Shown: in pieces, positions 11,501 through 19,363 of the stretch
How the letters are laid out: each line of letters starts with the position of its first letter
How positions within the stretch are numbered: the stretch's first letter is position 1
Virus record (IMG/VR): IMGVR_UViG_3300008050_007680
Coordinates: 56,953 to 76,952 of that record
Reading direction: 5' to 3' (one strand)
Source: an uncultured virus (IMG/VR IMGVR_UViG_3300008050_007680)
Taxonomy: Duplodnaviria > Heunggongvirae > Uroviricota > Caudoviricetes
DNA length: 20,000 nucleotides
Notes under the pieces: generated by a model
The model's database searches: none
Seen by the model: only the letters and a program-made list of their open reading frames with translations
What the model was told of the DNA's origin: nothing
Position numbers and translations under genes: made by a program

Positions 11501-12599
11501 TGTTATCTTTAAGCCGAAAGAGTATATTTTCGAGATGGGAAGGTTCGTAAGCGCTGATTCTTTTAAAAATAATGTCCAAGAAGTAATGGCTTTTAATAAT
11601 ATTACAACAAAAATAAAGCATAAAGTAGCATTATCTGGCTCACCTTTACTAGAATCTGGAGTTGGTATTGCTGCGTTAAATTCGCCAGAGTATGAATTTT
11701 TGTCTGATACACAGAAATTAGAGTTAATAACTAATCATACGAAGAGTTATATATTGCGAACGTATATTAAAATCTTGACCGGCGTCGACATGCGAGAAAA
11801 CAACTTTTTCCTAAATGATGAAGTTGCTTCTATGCGTGTCGACAGTACTACACACGAGGAATTTAATAAGTTACTGGCCTTACACGTCTCCCAGTTCTTA
11901 AATAGAAAATTAACCTTTGATGAGATCAGGGCCAGTAGTGATACAATCGACAGGTTTTTAACGAAACTTGATAATGATGAATCACTTCCTGGTATCATCG
12001 AGAAGATTGCAAATTCATTTCCGGCAGAACCTCATTCCGCTAATATAGAGATATCACAAGATCTTGTAACATTTTTAAATGTTTTTTCTTCTAAATCAGT
12101 ATTATTCGGTGCCGGAGCTAGGCGGCAAAAGGTTTTATCACCAAAACTGTTTGAAAGAATCTTTATGCTAGCTCTCGATGCTAACGATTTCGAAATAGAC
12201 ATTGAGAAAACGAGAAGCACAACTTCTGGCAGAACATTTTTAGATTCGAATACTATAGTCAGTGGGTTAACTAAAGTATCCACGACCACTGGGCAAACGA
12301 CCATTGATACATTTAAAGTAAACTATGATGTATTACGTCCAAAGGGAGCTGTGGGCATCCAGCAGTTTTTTGTTTCAATAGAGCATATGCCTGCTGCTGA
12401 TCAGGTTGCATCACCAGTTCCGGCTCAAGCTACAGAGATTTCATTTGGAAATTCGGGGCCAAGAGAAACGCCTACTACAAGAACTGTTAGCCACGGCGCC
12501 GCGAAGGGTTTAGCTTCCAGCACTCGCACCGCCATGGCTACAAAATCAGAGATTACACGCTTAACAAAACCTGATGCAGGTTTGGTAGAGGTATTATGA
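8580..12599 (+). CDS. ORF6, large mostly alpha-helical hypothetical protein (1339 aa)
   Basis: TAATG overlap with ORF5 and GGAAGGA upstream. Amphipathic/coiled-coil-like stretches (SIISRIEEEISQHEEAANKEIQFLDSLVRVLN). Low-complexity T/R/S/A termini. No family recognised. Confidence 0.6.
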   Translation: MTIGARTGNTSTSGNARTGNVAAQPREGRTTSNLTVNGLTDAVKSTVASVSTFSRPPAESNTIPNESLESVKLSSDSSNYNAVMNKGFNSFRPEILAAFQFEPVYEDDNNIPGPVGKMLDFQIAARRLQAENVMRLVNELKTNPETSSIISRIEEEISQHEEAANKEIQFLDSLVRVLNASKTSFNVKLNSNKIKAEIQARRDIQGRNKASISRNVRPTKTLSELMVDDLKFSSQGFAKFTNTKIIGQLIDDLRAILTSFSPQIFDLPNADRENDLDPTRLSRIDDQTIGSAIEFDIANLSLSSQADVQSGATSNALTSYMSSLSQVTNHDDRLKILFSLLSKELRVSTGLSLKNIKTIATSVFSETNIDGSIFEKMLGNIGNEVLSSIPPPENSISSLLRLVTADGVVLPFEQSAISTNAFQEYIPGGDFYVDSIVRGNNIFDSTQLNEYATALNSGVTGLAAIVEGTLDVNAVNNDRLGLNVDDLMDRAFRSIHDSAKSISDKDSTRDTFIPALLISASSDQTMRYYLYLYMLIFGYEKSDKFGVENKFFETMQSAGLTRAVVASAIKAAFLEPFVNPVQGLIDRAGNTSDIILISEMIMERVYFRFRKDTVDPSKSSYLGNFAFNHLTGLGAGTSQDNLFLSMFSMLNSLDNICRSAITATQSTDNSDAYFSNTHKGLTKFNNIGVHQMVMVVLDIFITTYTKFAPIMITGVKSLRSLDTSTSFSDALKVSSPGIEIDIDDDAFTVMEHSLFQFLDSGSRLSAGIDLRLDRDMRFRIGAQLGDLNNIRQKASNEDLLVRDIVDALLSIMNMVVASAAEAKSFFDPKGSNATLLESIALSIDSNEKLSALDAAQVSLARVELDDHIIARSTAASDQTNAGALSSDVSPFIDDTATSPDVRNSVFSLAKQPEFLGSAETSMKVLAVGIPAGFNDALKRKLDFFFADRSATKIKGSLSGIIKMNVYMQDAMFDDVIFKPKEYIFEMGRFVSADSFKNNVQEVMAFNNITTKIKHKVALSGSPLLESGVGIAALNSPEYEFLSDTQKLELITNHTKSYILRTYIKILTGVDMRENNFFLNDEVASMRVDSTTHEEFNKLLALHVSQFLNRKLTFDEIRASSDTIDRFLTKLDNDESLPGIIEKIANSFPAEPHSANIEISQDLVTFLNVFSSKSVLFGAGARRQKVLSPKLFERIFMLALDANDFEIDIEKTRSTTSGRTFLDSNTIVSGLTKVSTTTGQTTIDTFKVNYDVLRPKGAVGIQQFFVSIEHMPAADQVASPVPAQATEISFGNSGPRETPTTRTVSHGAAKGLASSTRTAMATKSEITRLTKPDAGLVEVL

Positions 12600-14494
12600 C
12601 GGTTTCATTTCCATCATCAAGAGTAACATTAGCAGACGTGCCTGAAGTTACTGCATTCAGGGCAAAATTTCAGTATAATTTCTTTACTAGGGATGAGATG
12701 ACTAATGATGGGGGTACTGTCCCTGCAAGACTGCTGGAAGTTCCTGGTCAAGTACTGAATGACAAGAGAATAGATTTGATCGCAAAATCGAATCCAAGGT
12801 TCGTGAGGTTTAGTTTTTGCCCAGTCCAGCCATTCGCTACTCGCCAAAATGAATTCGTTACTACACAAGAGCACGCGGGTGCTGGGTTTGCAACAGACAT
12901 AGAAGATAATATCCAATCAATTCAAACTGAGGAATCATTCTCGAATAACTCATTTCTAGGGATGTCATTTCAAGATGATAACTCTGATAGAAAGTTTAAA
13001 ACGATTGTATCTGGCTCAATAGCAAAAAGAGTAACATCTCATAATAGACTTAAGCTTGCACAAATAGAAGACCAAACAACAACAATAATAGATGGTTTAA
13101 CTGATGAGCACTCATTGTTAGATGCAGCTAAAGCATTAGCAGAGCAGACGTCAGGCCAAGTATCAGATAATTTGGTTTCTGCAGCATTGGACAAAATACA
13201 AATCTTAAAGTTGTCTTTTATCGATGACGAGAAAACAACGGAGCTGATAAATGATACTTTCGAAGCAGTTAAAGATGTAACGATCAAAGCACAGTTCAAC
13301 AATAAAATAGTCGGTACTGTCGTTAGTTCTGTAGTAAATGACAATATGAGCAACTTCAGCGATGAGTTTTCGCAGATTCTTTCTGATGCCGTATCTAGAC
13401 AACAACATGCACTATCAGTGGCAACACCAAATGTGATAAACAAAGACGAATTTGATTCATTATTCGAAGCAATAAGAGTTCAACCAGTTGATGCAACTGA
13501 CATCATTACAGGCAGCAGAATTCTAGGGTATGTCATAGAAAAGTATGAACTGCAAAATGGGTTGACGCCAGTTAAAAGAGAATCGATTATACTTAACGGG
13601 CATACATCAACCGTCGCTGTAGATTCTAAAGTTGCATACGGGAAAGTCTATGTCTATACTATAAGAACCATTGCAGAAGTCACAGTCAGGGCGACAAATG
13701 ATGATTCTACTGAGGTCGTTAACGCAGTTGGGCTAATTGCATCAAGAAGAAGTAAACGAATTACGGTTTCTTGTGTTGAAAACGTTCCTCCGCCACCACC
13801 TGTCGATTTTTGTATTACATGGGACTACAAACAGAGAGCGCCTACACTAATGTGGTCATTTCCAACTAACACACAGAGAGATATAAAAAAGTTCCAAGTA
13901 TTTAAAAGAAATACGATAGCATCTGCATTCCAGCTTATACATGAGCTTGATTTTAACGATGCAGCTATCAAGTTTGGAAATTTAGAGACGCCGGCTGCTA
14001 GCAGTGTTGAAGTATTAAAGTCACCTTCAACATTATATACAGATCTTGGGTTTGGAAAAGATTCATCCGCTATCTACGCATTGTGTTCCGTTGATGCTCA
14101 TGGTTTAACATCAAATTACTCAATGCAGTTTGATGTTAAATTTGATAGATTCGCAAATAAATTGACGAAAGAACTTGTGTCATCATCTGGGGCCCCGAAA
14201 GCATATCCGAATATGATGCTATCAACTGACTTATTCATGGACACAATAAAGAGCTCTGGACACTCCAGGGTTACTGTCGTTTTTGACCCTGAATTTCTTG
14301 AGGTAAACGACAAGAACGGGAATGGGTTAGATTTAATCGCTACAGGTCCTGCTGACGAAAAGTACAAACTACAGATTATAAATACTGACGTGCAGAAGCA
14401 AGCAAGTGTAGATATAACTGTGAAAGACCGACGAAACACAACTCCCTCAGATATAAACGCAAATTCTGGGCAAGGAACTCGTAGGACGATATAA
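12596..14494 (+). CDS. ORF7, putative virion protein with C-terminal FN3-like domains (632 aa)
   Basis: ATGA overlap with ORF6 and GAGGT at 12588-12592. FN3-like motifs GYVIEKY...VDSKVAYGKVYVYTIRTI, then PPPPPVDFCITWD...PTLMWSFP...KFQVFKR...YTDLGF...IYALCSVDAHGLTSNYS. Confidence 0.62.
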   Translation: MTVSFPSSRVTLADVPEVTAFRAKFQYNFFTRDEMTNDGGTVPARLLEVPGQVLNDKRIDLIAKSNPRFVRFSFCPVQPFATRQNEFVTTQEHAGAGFATDIEDNIQSIQTEESFSNNSFLGMSFQDDNSDRKFKTIVSGSIAKRVTSHNRLKLAQIEDQTTTIIDGLTDEHSLLDAAKALAEQTSGQVSDNLVSAALDKIQILKLSFIDDEKTTELINDTFEAVKDVTIKAQFNNKIVGTVVSSVVNDNMSNFSDEFSQILSDAVSRQQHALSVATPNVINKDEFDSLFEAIRVQPVDATDIITGSRILGYVIEKYELQNGLTPVKRESIILNGHTSTVAVDSKVAYGKVYVYTIRTIAEVTVRATNDDSTEVVNAVGLIASRRSKRITVSCVENVPPPPPVDFCITWDYKQRAPTLMWSFPTNTQRDIKKFQVFKRNTIASAFQLIHELDFNDAAIKFGNLETPAASSVEVLKSPSTLYTDLGFGKDSSAIYALCSVDAHGLTSNYSMQFDVKFDRFANKLTKELVSSSGAPKAYPNMMLSTDLFMDTIKSSGHSRVTVVFDPEFLEVNDKNGNGLDLIATGPADEKYKLQIINTDVQKQASVDITVKDRRNTTPSDINANSGQGTRRTI

Positions 14495-14569
14495 TTATTT
14501 ATCAATCTAATAGATTTTATGTAAAGTACATATATTAAAGAAGATTTTTAAAATGGAGACGATAACAAC
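14495..14569 (+). promoter_or_regulatory. AT-rich 75-bp intergenic spacer, candidate phage late promoter plus RBS
   Basis: Only sizeable gap in the structural block. Contains TATTTAT (14496-14502), the interrupted palindrome AATCTA-A-TAGATT (14504-14516) and GGAG (14555-14558). No terminator hairpin seen. Confidence 0.35.
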
Positions 14570-15268
14570 ATGGGTTTTTTAAATCATGCGACAAATAACA
14601 TACTGTTAGATGCAGTTTTAACAGATACAGGCCGGCAATTTTTGTCACGTAACGACGGGTCATTTTCTGTTGTGAAGTTTGCTTTCGGCGACGACGAAAT
14701 TGATTATGGGATAATCAAAGAGTTCGGTAGAACCGTAGGGAAAGAAAAGATCGAAAAAAATACACCGATCTTTGAAGCTATTACGAATAGTAATCTAGCA
14801 CAAAAACATAGACTTGTAAGTGTTTCGAATCCAAACTTAATTAGATTTCCCTCGATGTCGCTTGTTGGTGGCGCTTCTTTAATAGATATGGGTCGCTCAT
14901 CAACGCGGCAGACTAGACAGGTCGTAGAACAAACTATTTTAAATGAAAGTTCAATTGACGTTGAACTGAGAGATCAAGCATTCGAGATTGAGGTAAGTAA
15001 TTTATTCTTACAAGTTGCAGGAAATACACCTGATGACATTAACTCAAACCAACGTGCTAAATACTTATTACCACGTGATGCTGCACAGACAGCACTCGGC
15101 GGTTCTAGATTAACATTCACACTTGAACTTAAAGCAATTACTGATGCACAATTTGATGTTTTCGGTACACTACAAGATAAAAGTCAAATTAGGACGTTCG
15201 TGAAAATTTCTGGTTTGCACAGCGGGACTGTTAAAGAGTTCGAAGTTCGAATCTCAAAAACAGGATGA
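14570..15268 (+). CDS. ORF8, putative baseplate/tail structural protein (232 aa)
   Basis: N-terminal LDAVLTDTGRQFLS...FSVVKFAFGDDEIDY...NTPIFEA resembles the 'LTxxG...F/MAxGD' start of tail-collar-fibre (DUF3751/P2 gpH N-terminus-like) domains. Similarity judged by eye. Confidence 0.65.
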   Translation: MGFLNHATNNILLDAVLTDTGRQFLSRNDGSFSVVKFAFGDDEIDYGIIKEFGRTVGKEKIEKNTPIFEAITNSNLAQKHRLVSVSNPNLIRFPSMSLVGGASLIDMGRSSTRQTRQVVEQTILNESSIDVELRDQAFEIEVSNLFLQVAGNTPDDINSNQRAKYLLPRDAAQTALGGSRLTFTLELKAITDAQFDVFGTLQDKSQIRTFVKISGLHSGTVKEFEVRISKTG

Positions 15269-15274
15269 TAAAAA

Positions 15275-16501
15275 ATGTCAGTATTTAAAGAATTAAAGCA
15301 GTCAGACGTTAAAACAGTTAAGAATTTTCTTAACCAGTTAGTTGATATTACGCAAGAAGATATATCAGGTTCTACAACACGTCAAAGACATCAAGTTTTT
15401 GTCACGGGAGGTGTGGGGCCCGGGGTCACATCATCACTCTTTCAGACTGTCTATGATCAAGACTTTACACTTCAAACAGCAAACCCGATTTTTGACATGA
15501 CGGTTGGCTTGTTTTACTCTGGTTCTACAGTTCAAGATGCTAAAACTGGCGAAGATTCAGCTGGTAAGCTGCTGTTCCCATCTACATCTTTAATGATGAG
15601 AGAAAAAGTTAGTGTTTATAAACAATTTGCGCAGAACCTTTTAGGAGAATCTACAGCACAATTCGTTGCGCCACTAAATTCTATGTCAACGTCTGATCAA
15701 CTAGATGACGCTCTCTTTATATGCTACAAACGCTTATTTCATCGCGATCAGATAAAGAGAGAAACCTTCGCAATGAAGTTCTTTCAATCTGCTGCTTATG
15801 CTCCTCTTGGTGCATCACAACCGACGACACCTAATTTAGCGACGACGTCAGAATCAGGCTCAGTTATTTTCACAGATACAGGTGCGGCAATAACGAAAGA
15901 AGTAACTTTCGGCGGTCAGGTATCAAACATCGTAGATTCATCTGATACCTCAAGAACAGTTGGGTTGATGTTTAATGACCAAGGTGTGGTTGTACTTGAC
16001 CTCGCAAAAATTATATCATCATCACAATTAGTAACAGGTGCTATTTCTGCGTTGAATGGTGCAGGTGCTGTGCCTCAAGCTGGACAGACTGTTATTGGTG
16101 GGCCCAAGGGCGGCAATCCTCGGGCAAAATTTATTCCGGACTTTCTAACATCAGGTTCTGTTGATAACATCATCGATCACTTTTGCTCTACACGATTTAG
16201 TTCTGGCTCTGAAACTGCTATGGCATTCCAGAATTTGACAAACATTAATTCGACGTTGTACTTTGCTAGAGCATCGGCAGATGAGTTTAATTATTCATCG
16301 AATACATCATTCGTTGATTCTGATAACAAGATTACAGTTATTGATGTTGGGCAAGAAGAAACGCAACGTTCATTTACATTTATAACATCTGTTGGGCTTT
16401 ATGATGCAAATAGCAATATGCTTGCTGTAGCAAAGCTGTCACGCCCAGTTGAAAAAAACGACGAGAAGGATCTTTCTCTTCGCATCAGATTGGATTTTTA
16501 A
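15275..16501 (+). CDS. ORF9, putative baseplate/tail structural protein, paralogue of ORF11 (408 aa)
   Basis: AGGA at 15262-15265. C-terminus EFNYSSN...FITSVGLYDANSNMLAVAKLSRPVEK...RIRLDF resembles the 'IxExGLyD...LiAva' motif of tail-fibre/baseplate attachment domains. Confidence 0.65.
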   Translation: MSVFKELKQSDVKTVKNFLNQLVDITQEDISGSTTRQRHQVFVTGGVGPGVTSSLFQTVYDQDFTLQTANPIFDMTVGLFYSGSTVQDAKTGEDSAGKLLFPSTSLMMREKVSVYKQFAQNLLGESTAQFVAPLNSMSTSDQLDDALFICYKRLFHRDQIKRETFAMKFFQSAAYAPLGASQPTTPNLATTSESGSVIFTDTGAAITKEVTFGGQVSNIVDSSDTSRTVGLMFNDQGVVVLDLAKIISSSQLVTGAISALNGAGAVPQAGQTVIGGPKGGNPRAKFIPDFLTSGSVDNIIDHFCSTRFSSGSETAMAFQNLTNINSTLYFARASADEFNYSSNTSFVDSDNKITVIDVGQEETQRSFTFITSVGLYDANSNMLAVAKLSRPVEKNDEKDLSLRIRLDF

Positions 16502-16510
16502 GGAAAAAGT

Positions 16511-16921
16511 ATGACACTTAATTGGCACTCAGCGGGTCTGTTTAATGTTGGTTCTCACCAGGTTACTGGAGTTCCATACATGACAGGCTCGACACTACTA
16601 GCAGCAAGTTTTGGCAACAACAACGCCCAACAAAGATTAGATTTTCCCTATGTAACGAAAGAGATCAGGGTAACTAACAAATCTGATCAAGCAATCAGAG
16701 TTCATTTTAATGATCTGACGTCAGGACGAGTTGAGGCGGGATTGCACTACGCGACAATACCCTCAGCAAGTAATTCTTCGACGTTTAAGGTTATGGCAAA
16801 ACAGATGTGGGTATCACTTGCCGATGGCTCGGCAAATGCAGTATTTGAAGTTGCTGCTGAACTTACAGTAATCCCTAGTAAACATATGGCTGCGTTGACT
16901 GGCTCAGGTTTAACTGATTAA
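16511..16921 (+). CDS. ORF10, small beta-rich hypothetical virion protein (136 aa)
   Basis: TAAGGA at 16499-16504. Alternating beta pattern FPYVTKEIRVTN...IRVHF and N-terminal GLFNVGSHQVTGVPYMTGS. Confidence 0.6.
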   Translation: MTLNWHSAGLFNVGSHQVTGVPYMTGSTLLAASFGNNNAQQRLDFPYVTKEIRVTNKSDQAIRVHFNDLTSGRVEAGLHYATIPSASNSSTFKVMAKQMWVSLADGSANAVFEVAAELTVIPSKHMAALTGSGLTD

Positions 16922-16940
16922 TACAACACTGGAGTAAAAA

Positions 16941-19331
16941 ATGGCTATTCAATACGTCGGAAAGGACGATGTTGAACAATTTACGTTGCAAACGAACCCT
17001 CGTAGAACGTTTATATCATCGTCGACTGATGGTGTAACTGGATCAGTTTCACTTTTTGCTCGAAGTTCAAAAATAGAAAAAGAGTTAAACACACTTTCAA
17101 CATTTTCTGGAAGTGTGTTTAATGACAATAATATAGAACAAATTCTTGCCACAGCGGTAAATAAAGGTACATCTGACATCTCAAGTGAAATGGCAGCATA
17201 CCTTAGTTCTGTAAACGCAAGTGTACGCTCTATAGCGAAGCAGACGACCCGCCAGATTACTAGATTTGAACCTTCTACGAAGTTCACTTCTGATACTGGT
17301 AAGAAAAATATAGTAAAGAATTTACTGTTTCCATATTATAGGGATATCCAGCCTTCATCACATTGGGCATACACAAATTATCATACACTAAATTTCTTTA
17401 CTGCATCATCTGTCCCGACTGACTCTGTGTTATTATACCCAAACTCTTCGTCTGCTAGCTCTAACAGCGCTGCATCAGGTTCTTATATGTTGGATGGTGC
17501 ATTCACATTCGAGTTCTATATAAATCCAAGATATACGACGGACAAGCAGTTTGATGAATACCCAGCAGGCACATTATTTCACCTGTCTTCTAGTTATGCA
17601 GTATCAATAGTATCAGGCTCTGGACGCGACTCAACAAACCGTGTATCAAGCTATAGAATACTGCTACAAGTATCAGGTGGCGCAGATACATCTCCCTCAT
17701 CAATAGATCTCTCAGCACTTCCTGATCAGACATATTTATCTGATGAGCATTCGCTTAAAAGAAATCATTGGCATCATGTTGGTATTAGATGGGCAGAAAA
17801 TACAAATAGCAGAACAGGTTCATTTGTTATAGATGGCTTAGAGAAAGGTACATTTGTATTTCCTTCTGCTACTATTGCTCCAGCACCATTTTCTGCTGGT
17901 AATCCAGACGTTTTGTGCGTTGGCAATTTTTATGAAGGAAACAACTCTGGAAACAGCAATCAAGCATTATTCTTTAATCAAAATATACGAAAGCGCGAAG
18001 GGCTGGTCCAGCTAATCGATAACGGAAACGCGGCAACTGATGGTCCACAGGCATATACATTTTCGCACCCACTAAACGCCGAAGTTCATGAGCTAAAGAT
18101 ACATAACACATACAGAACTAGCGAACAACTGCAATATTCTGCCCATACTGGTTCAACTGAAACTGGGAGTATCATTTTTTATGTTCCCCCATTTTTTACA
18201 AAAGGCTCACCAACGAGAAGCCCACAAGGGACAAGCGTAGCTGGTGCGGTAAGGGGAGGTATACTACAAACTCCCTTTATAGCGATTTCTGGTACGACGG
18301 ATACACCCTTTAATACTGCGTACTCTTTTGGGCTTGCAGGTCATCTGCTAAATCTAGAAAATTTTACAAAAGACTTAATCACAAGCAACTTTCCACGCCT
18401 TCTTAACCTCTCTGGTACACAGATAACTGGTCCCACACAGGCATTAAGCGCAAACCAGTTTACATACGCTACAGGCTCGTTGAGGAAAAGAAATGTCACT
18501 GTGCTACCTAACGACAATGGCTTATTCATTCCTGATTTTAGCTTGCTTGCATCAGGAGCAAGTGATGTATGCCCACAATCAGGTTGCGCTCATGATAAAT
18601 ATGTAAATGATCTTGGGAACTTGGATTATAGTTTAATAACACTAAATAATATGATCCCAACATCAACGTTATTCGATGGTTTAATTTTTGACTCAGGTTC
18701 ATTTTTTGAAACGATGGCCGGCGCGAACCCAGAGGCTGTAGGCATTGCACCTGGAGCTGTTCATACTGTATACCAAAGAACACGAGATAATTCATCGAAT
18801 GAAGTTGTATTCTTTGACATCAGTAATATCTTATATGGCAATAAGATTGACCCTGGAACATTCATAGCGACTGATTCAAATATAACTGGCACAAATGGGA
18901 AAGTTTCTATAACGATACGCGATAATTCTAATGGCGGGTTGTATAGGGCAGATTCAAAGACAAAACATGCAACATGGAATAACATCGGAAATATTTTCTA
19001 CAATGAGGGCTTAGCTGTTGTCAAGACGCCGAATATTCCATTTTTTGGGAAAGATAAATACGAAATCAGTTTAGCTGGTGAGCAAAACATTCACATGATG
19101 AGAATTCACGTTCCAGCAAGGGCAGGCGAATTTAATTCATCATCAAATCCATCATATATACCAGTTTCAGCATCTAATTTAGCTCATGAAACTGATGCAA
19201 AATTTGTATACATCACTGGTCTTAATTTTCATGATGATAACTTAAATGTCATCATGAAGACGCGCTTCGCTCAGCCTATAATAAAACGAGATAGTGATAA
19301 ATTGTTATTTAGAACGAAGGTCGATTTTTAG
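16941..19331 (+). CDS. ORF11, LamG/ConA-like domain-containing structural protein, paralogue of ORF9 (796 aa)
   Basis: GGAG at 16931-16934. LamG signature FTFEFYINP...NHWHHVGIRW...GSFVIDG...LCVGN...LNAEVHELKIHN at ~17500-18150. The C-terminal ~170 aa align with ORF9. Confidence 0.72.
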   Translation: MAIQYVGKDDVEQFTLQTNPRRTFISSSTDGVTGSVSLFARSSKIEKELNTLSTFSGSVFNDNNIEQILATAVNKGTSDISSEMAAYLSSVNASVRSIAKQTTRQITRFEPSTKFTSDTGKKNIVKNLLFPYYRDIQPSSHWAYTNYHTLNFFTASSVPTDSVLLYPNSSSASSNSAASGSYMLDGAFTFEFYINPRYTTDKQFDEYPAGTLFHLSSSYAVSIVSGSGRDSTNRVSSYRILLQVSGGADTSPSSIDLSALPDQTYLSDEHSLKRNHWHHVGIRWAENTNSRTGSFVIDGLEKGTFVFPSATIAPAPFSAGNPDVLCVGNFYEGNNSGNSNQALFFNQNIRKREGLVQLIDNGNAATDGPQAYTFSHPLNAEVHELKIHNTYRTSEQLQYSAHTGSTETGSIIFYVPPFFTKGSPTRSPQGTSVAGAVRGGILQTPFIAISGTTDTPFNTAYSFGLAGHLLNLENFTKDLITSNFPRLLNLSGTQITGPTQALSANQFTYATGSLRKRNVTVLPNDNGLFIPDFSLLASGASDVCPQSGCAHDKYVNDLGNLDYSLITLNNMIPTSTLFDGLIFDSGSFFETMAGANPEAVGIAPGAVHTVYQRTRDNSSNEVVFFDISNILYGNKIDPGTFIATDSNITGTNGKVSITIRDNSNGGLYRADSKTKHATWNNIGNIFYNEGLAVVKTPNIPFFGKDKYEISLAGEQNIHMMRIHVPARAGEFNSSSNPSYIPVSASNLAHETDAKFVYITGLNFHDDNLNVIMKTRFAQPIIKRDSDKLLFRTKVDF

Positions 19332-19360
19332 TTGTAATAAGTTATAGCCCGCGTTATAAT
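19332..19360 (+). promoter_or_regulatory. sigma70-type promoter P1
   Basis: TTGTAA (19332-19337), 17-nt spacer, TATAAT (19355-19360). Confidence 0.7.
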
Positions 19361-19363
19361 AAT

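Noticed and set aside
1735..16513. Several in-frame gene junctions (ORF1/2, 4/5, 7/8, 8/9, 9/10) suggesting stop read-through or a recoded genetic code
   Set aside because: Downstream genes have their own SD and ATG. Junctions 4/5 and 8/9 contain second in-frame stops. All three stop codons terminate long ORFs, so there is no evidence of recoding.
18570..18593. CxxxxC-x-H in ORF11 as a metal site
   Set aside because: Isolated motif in a likely variable loop, with no further ligands evident.
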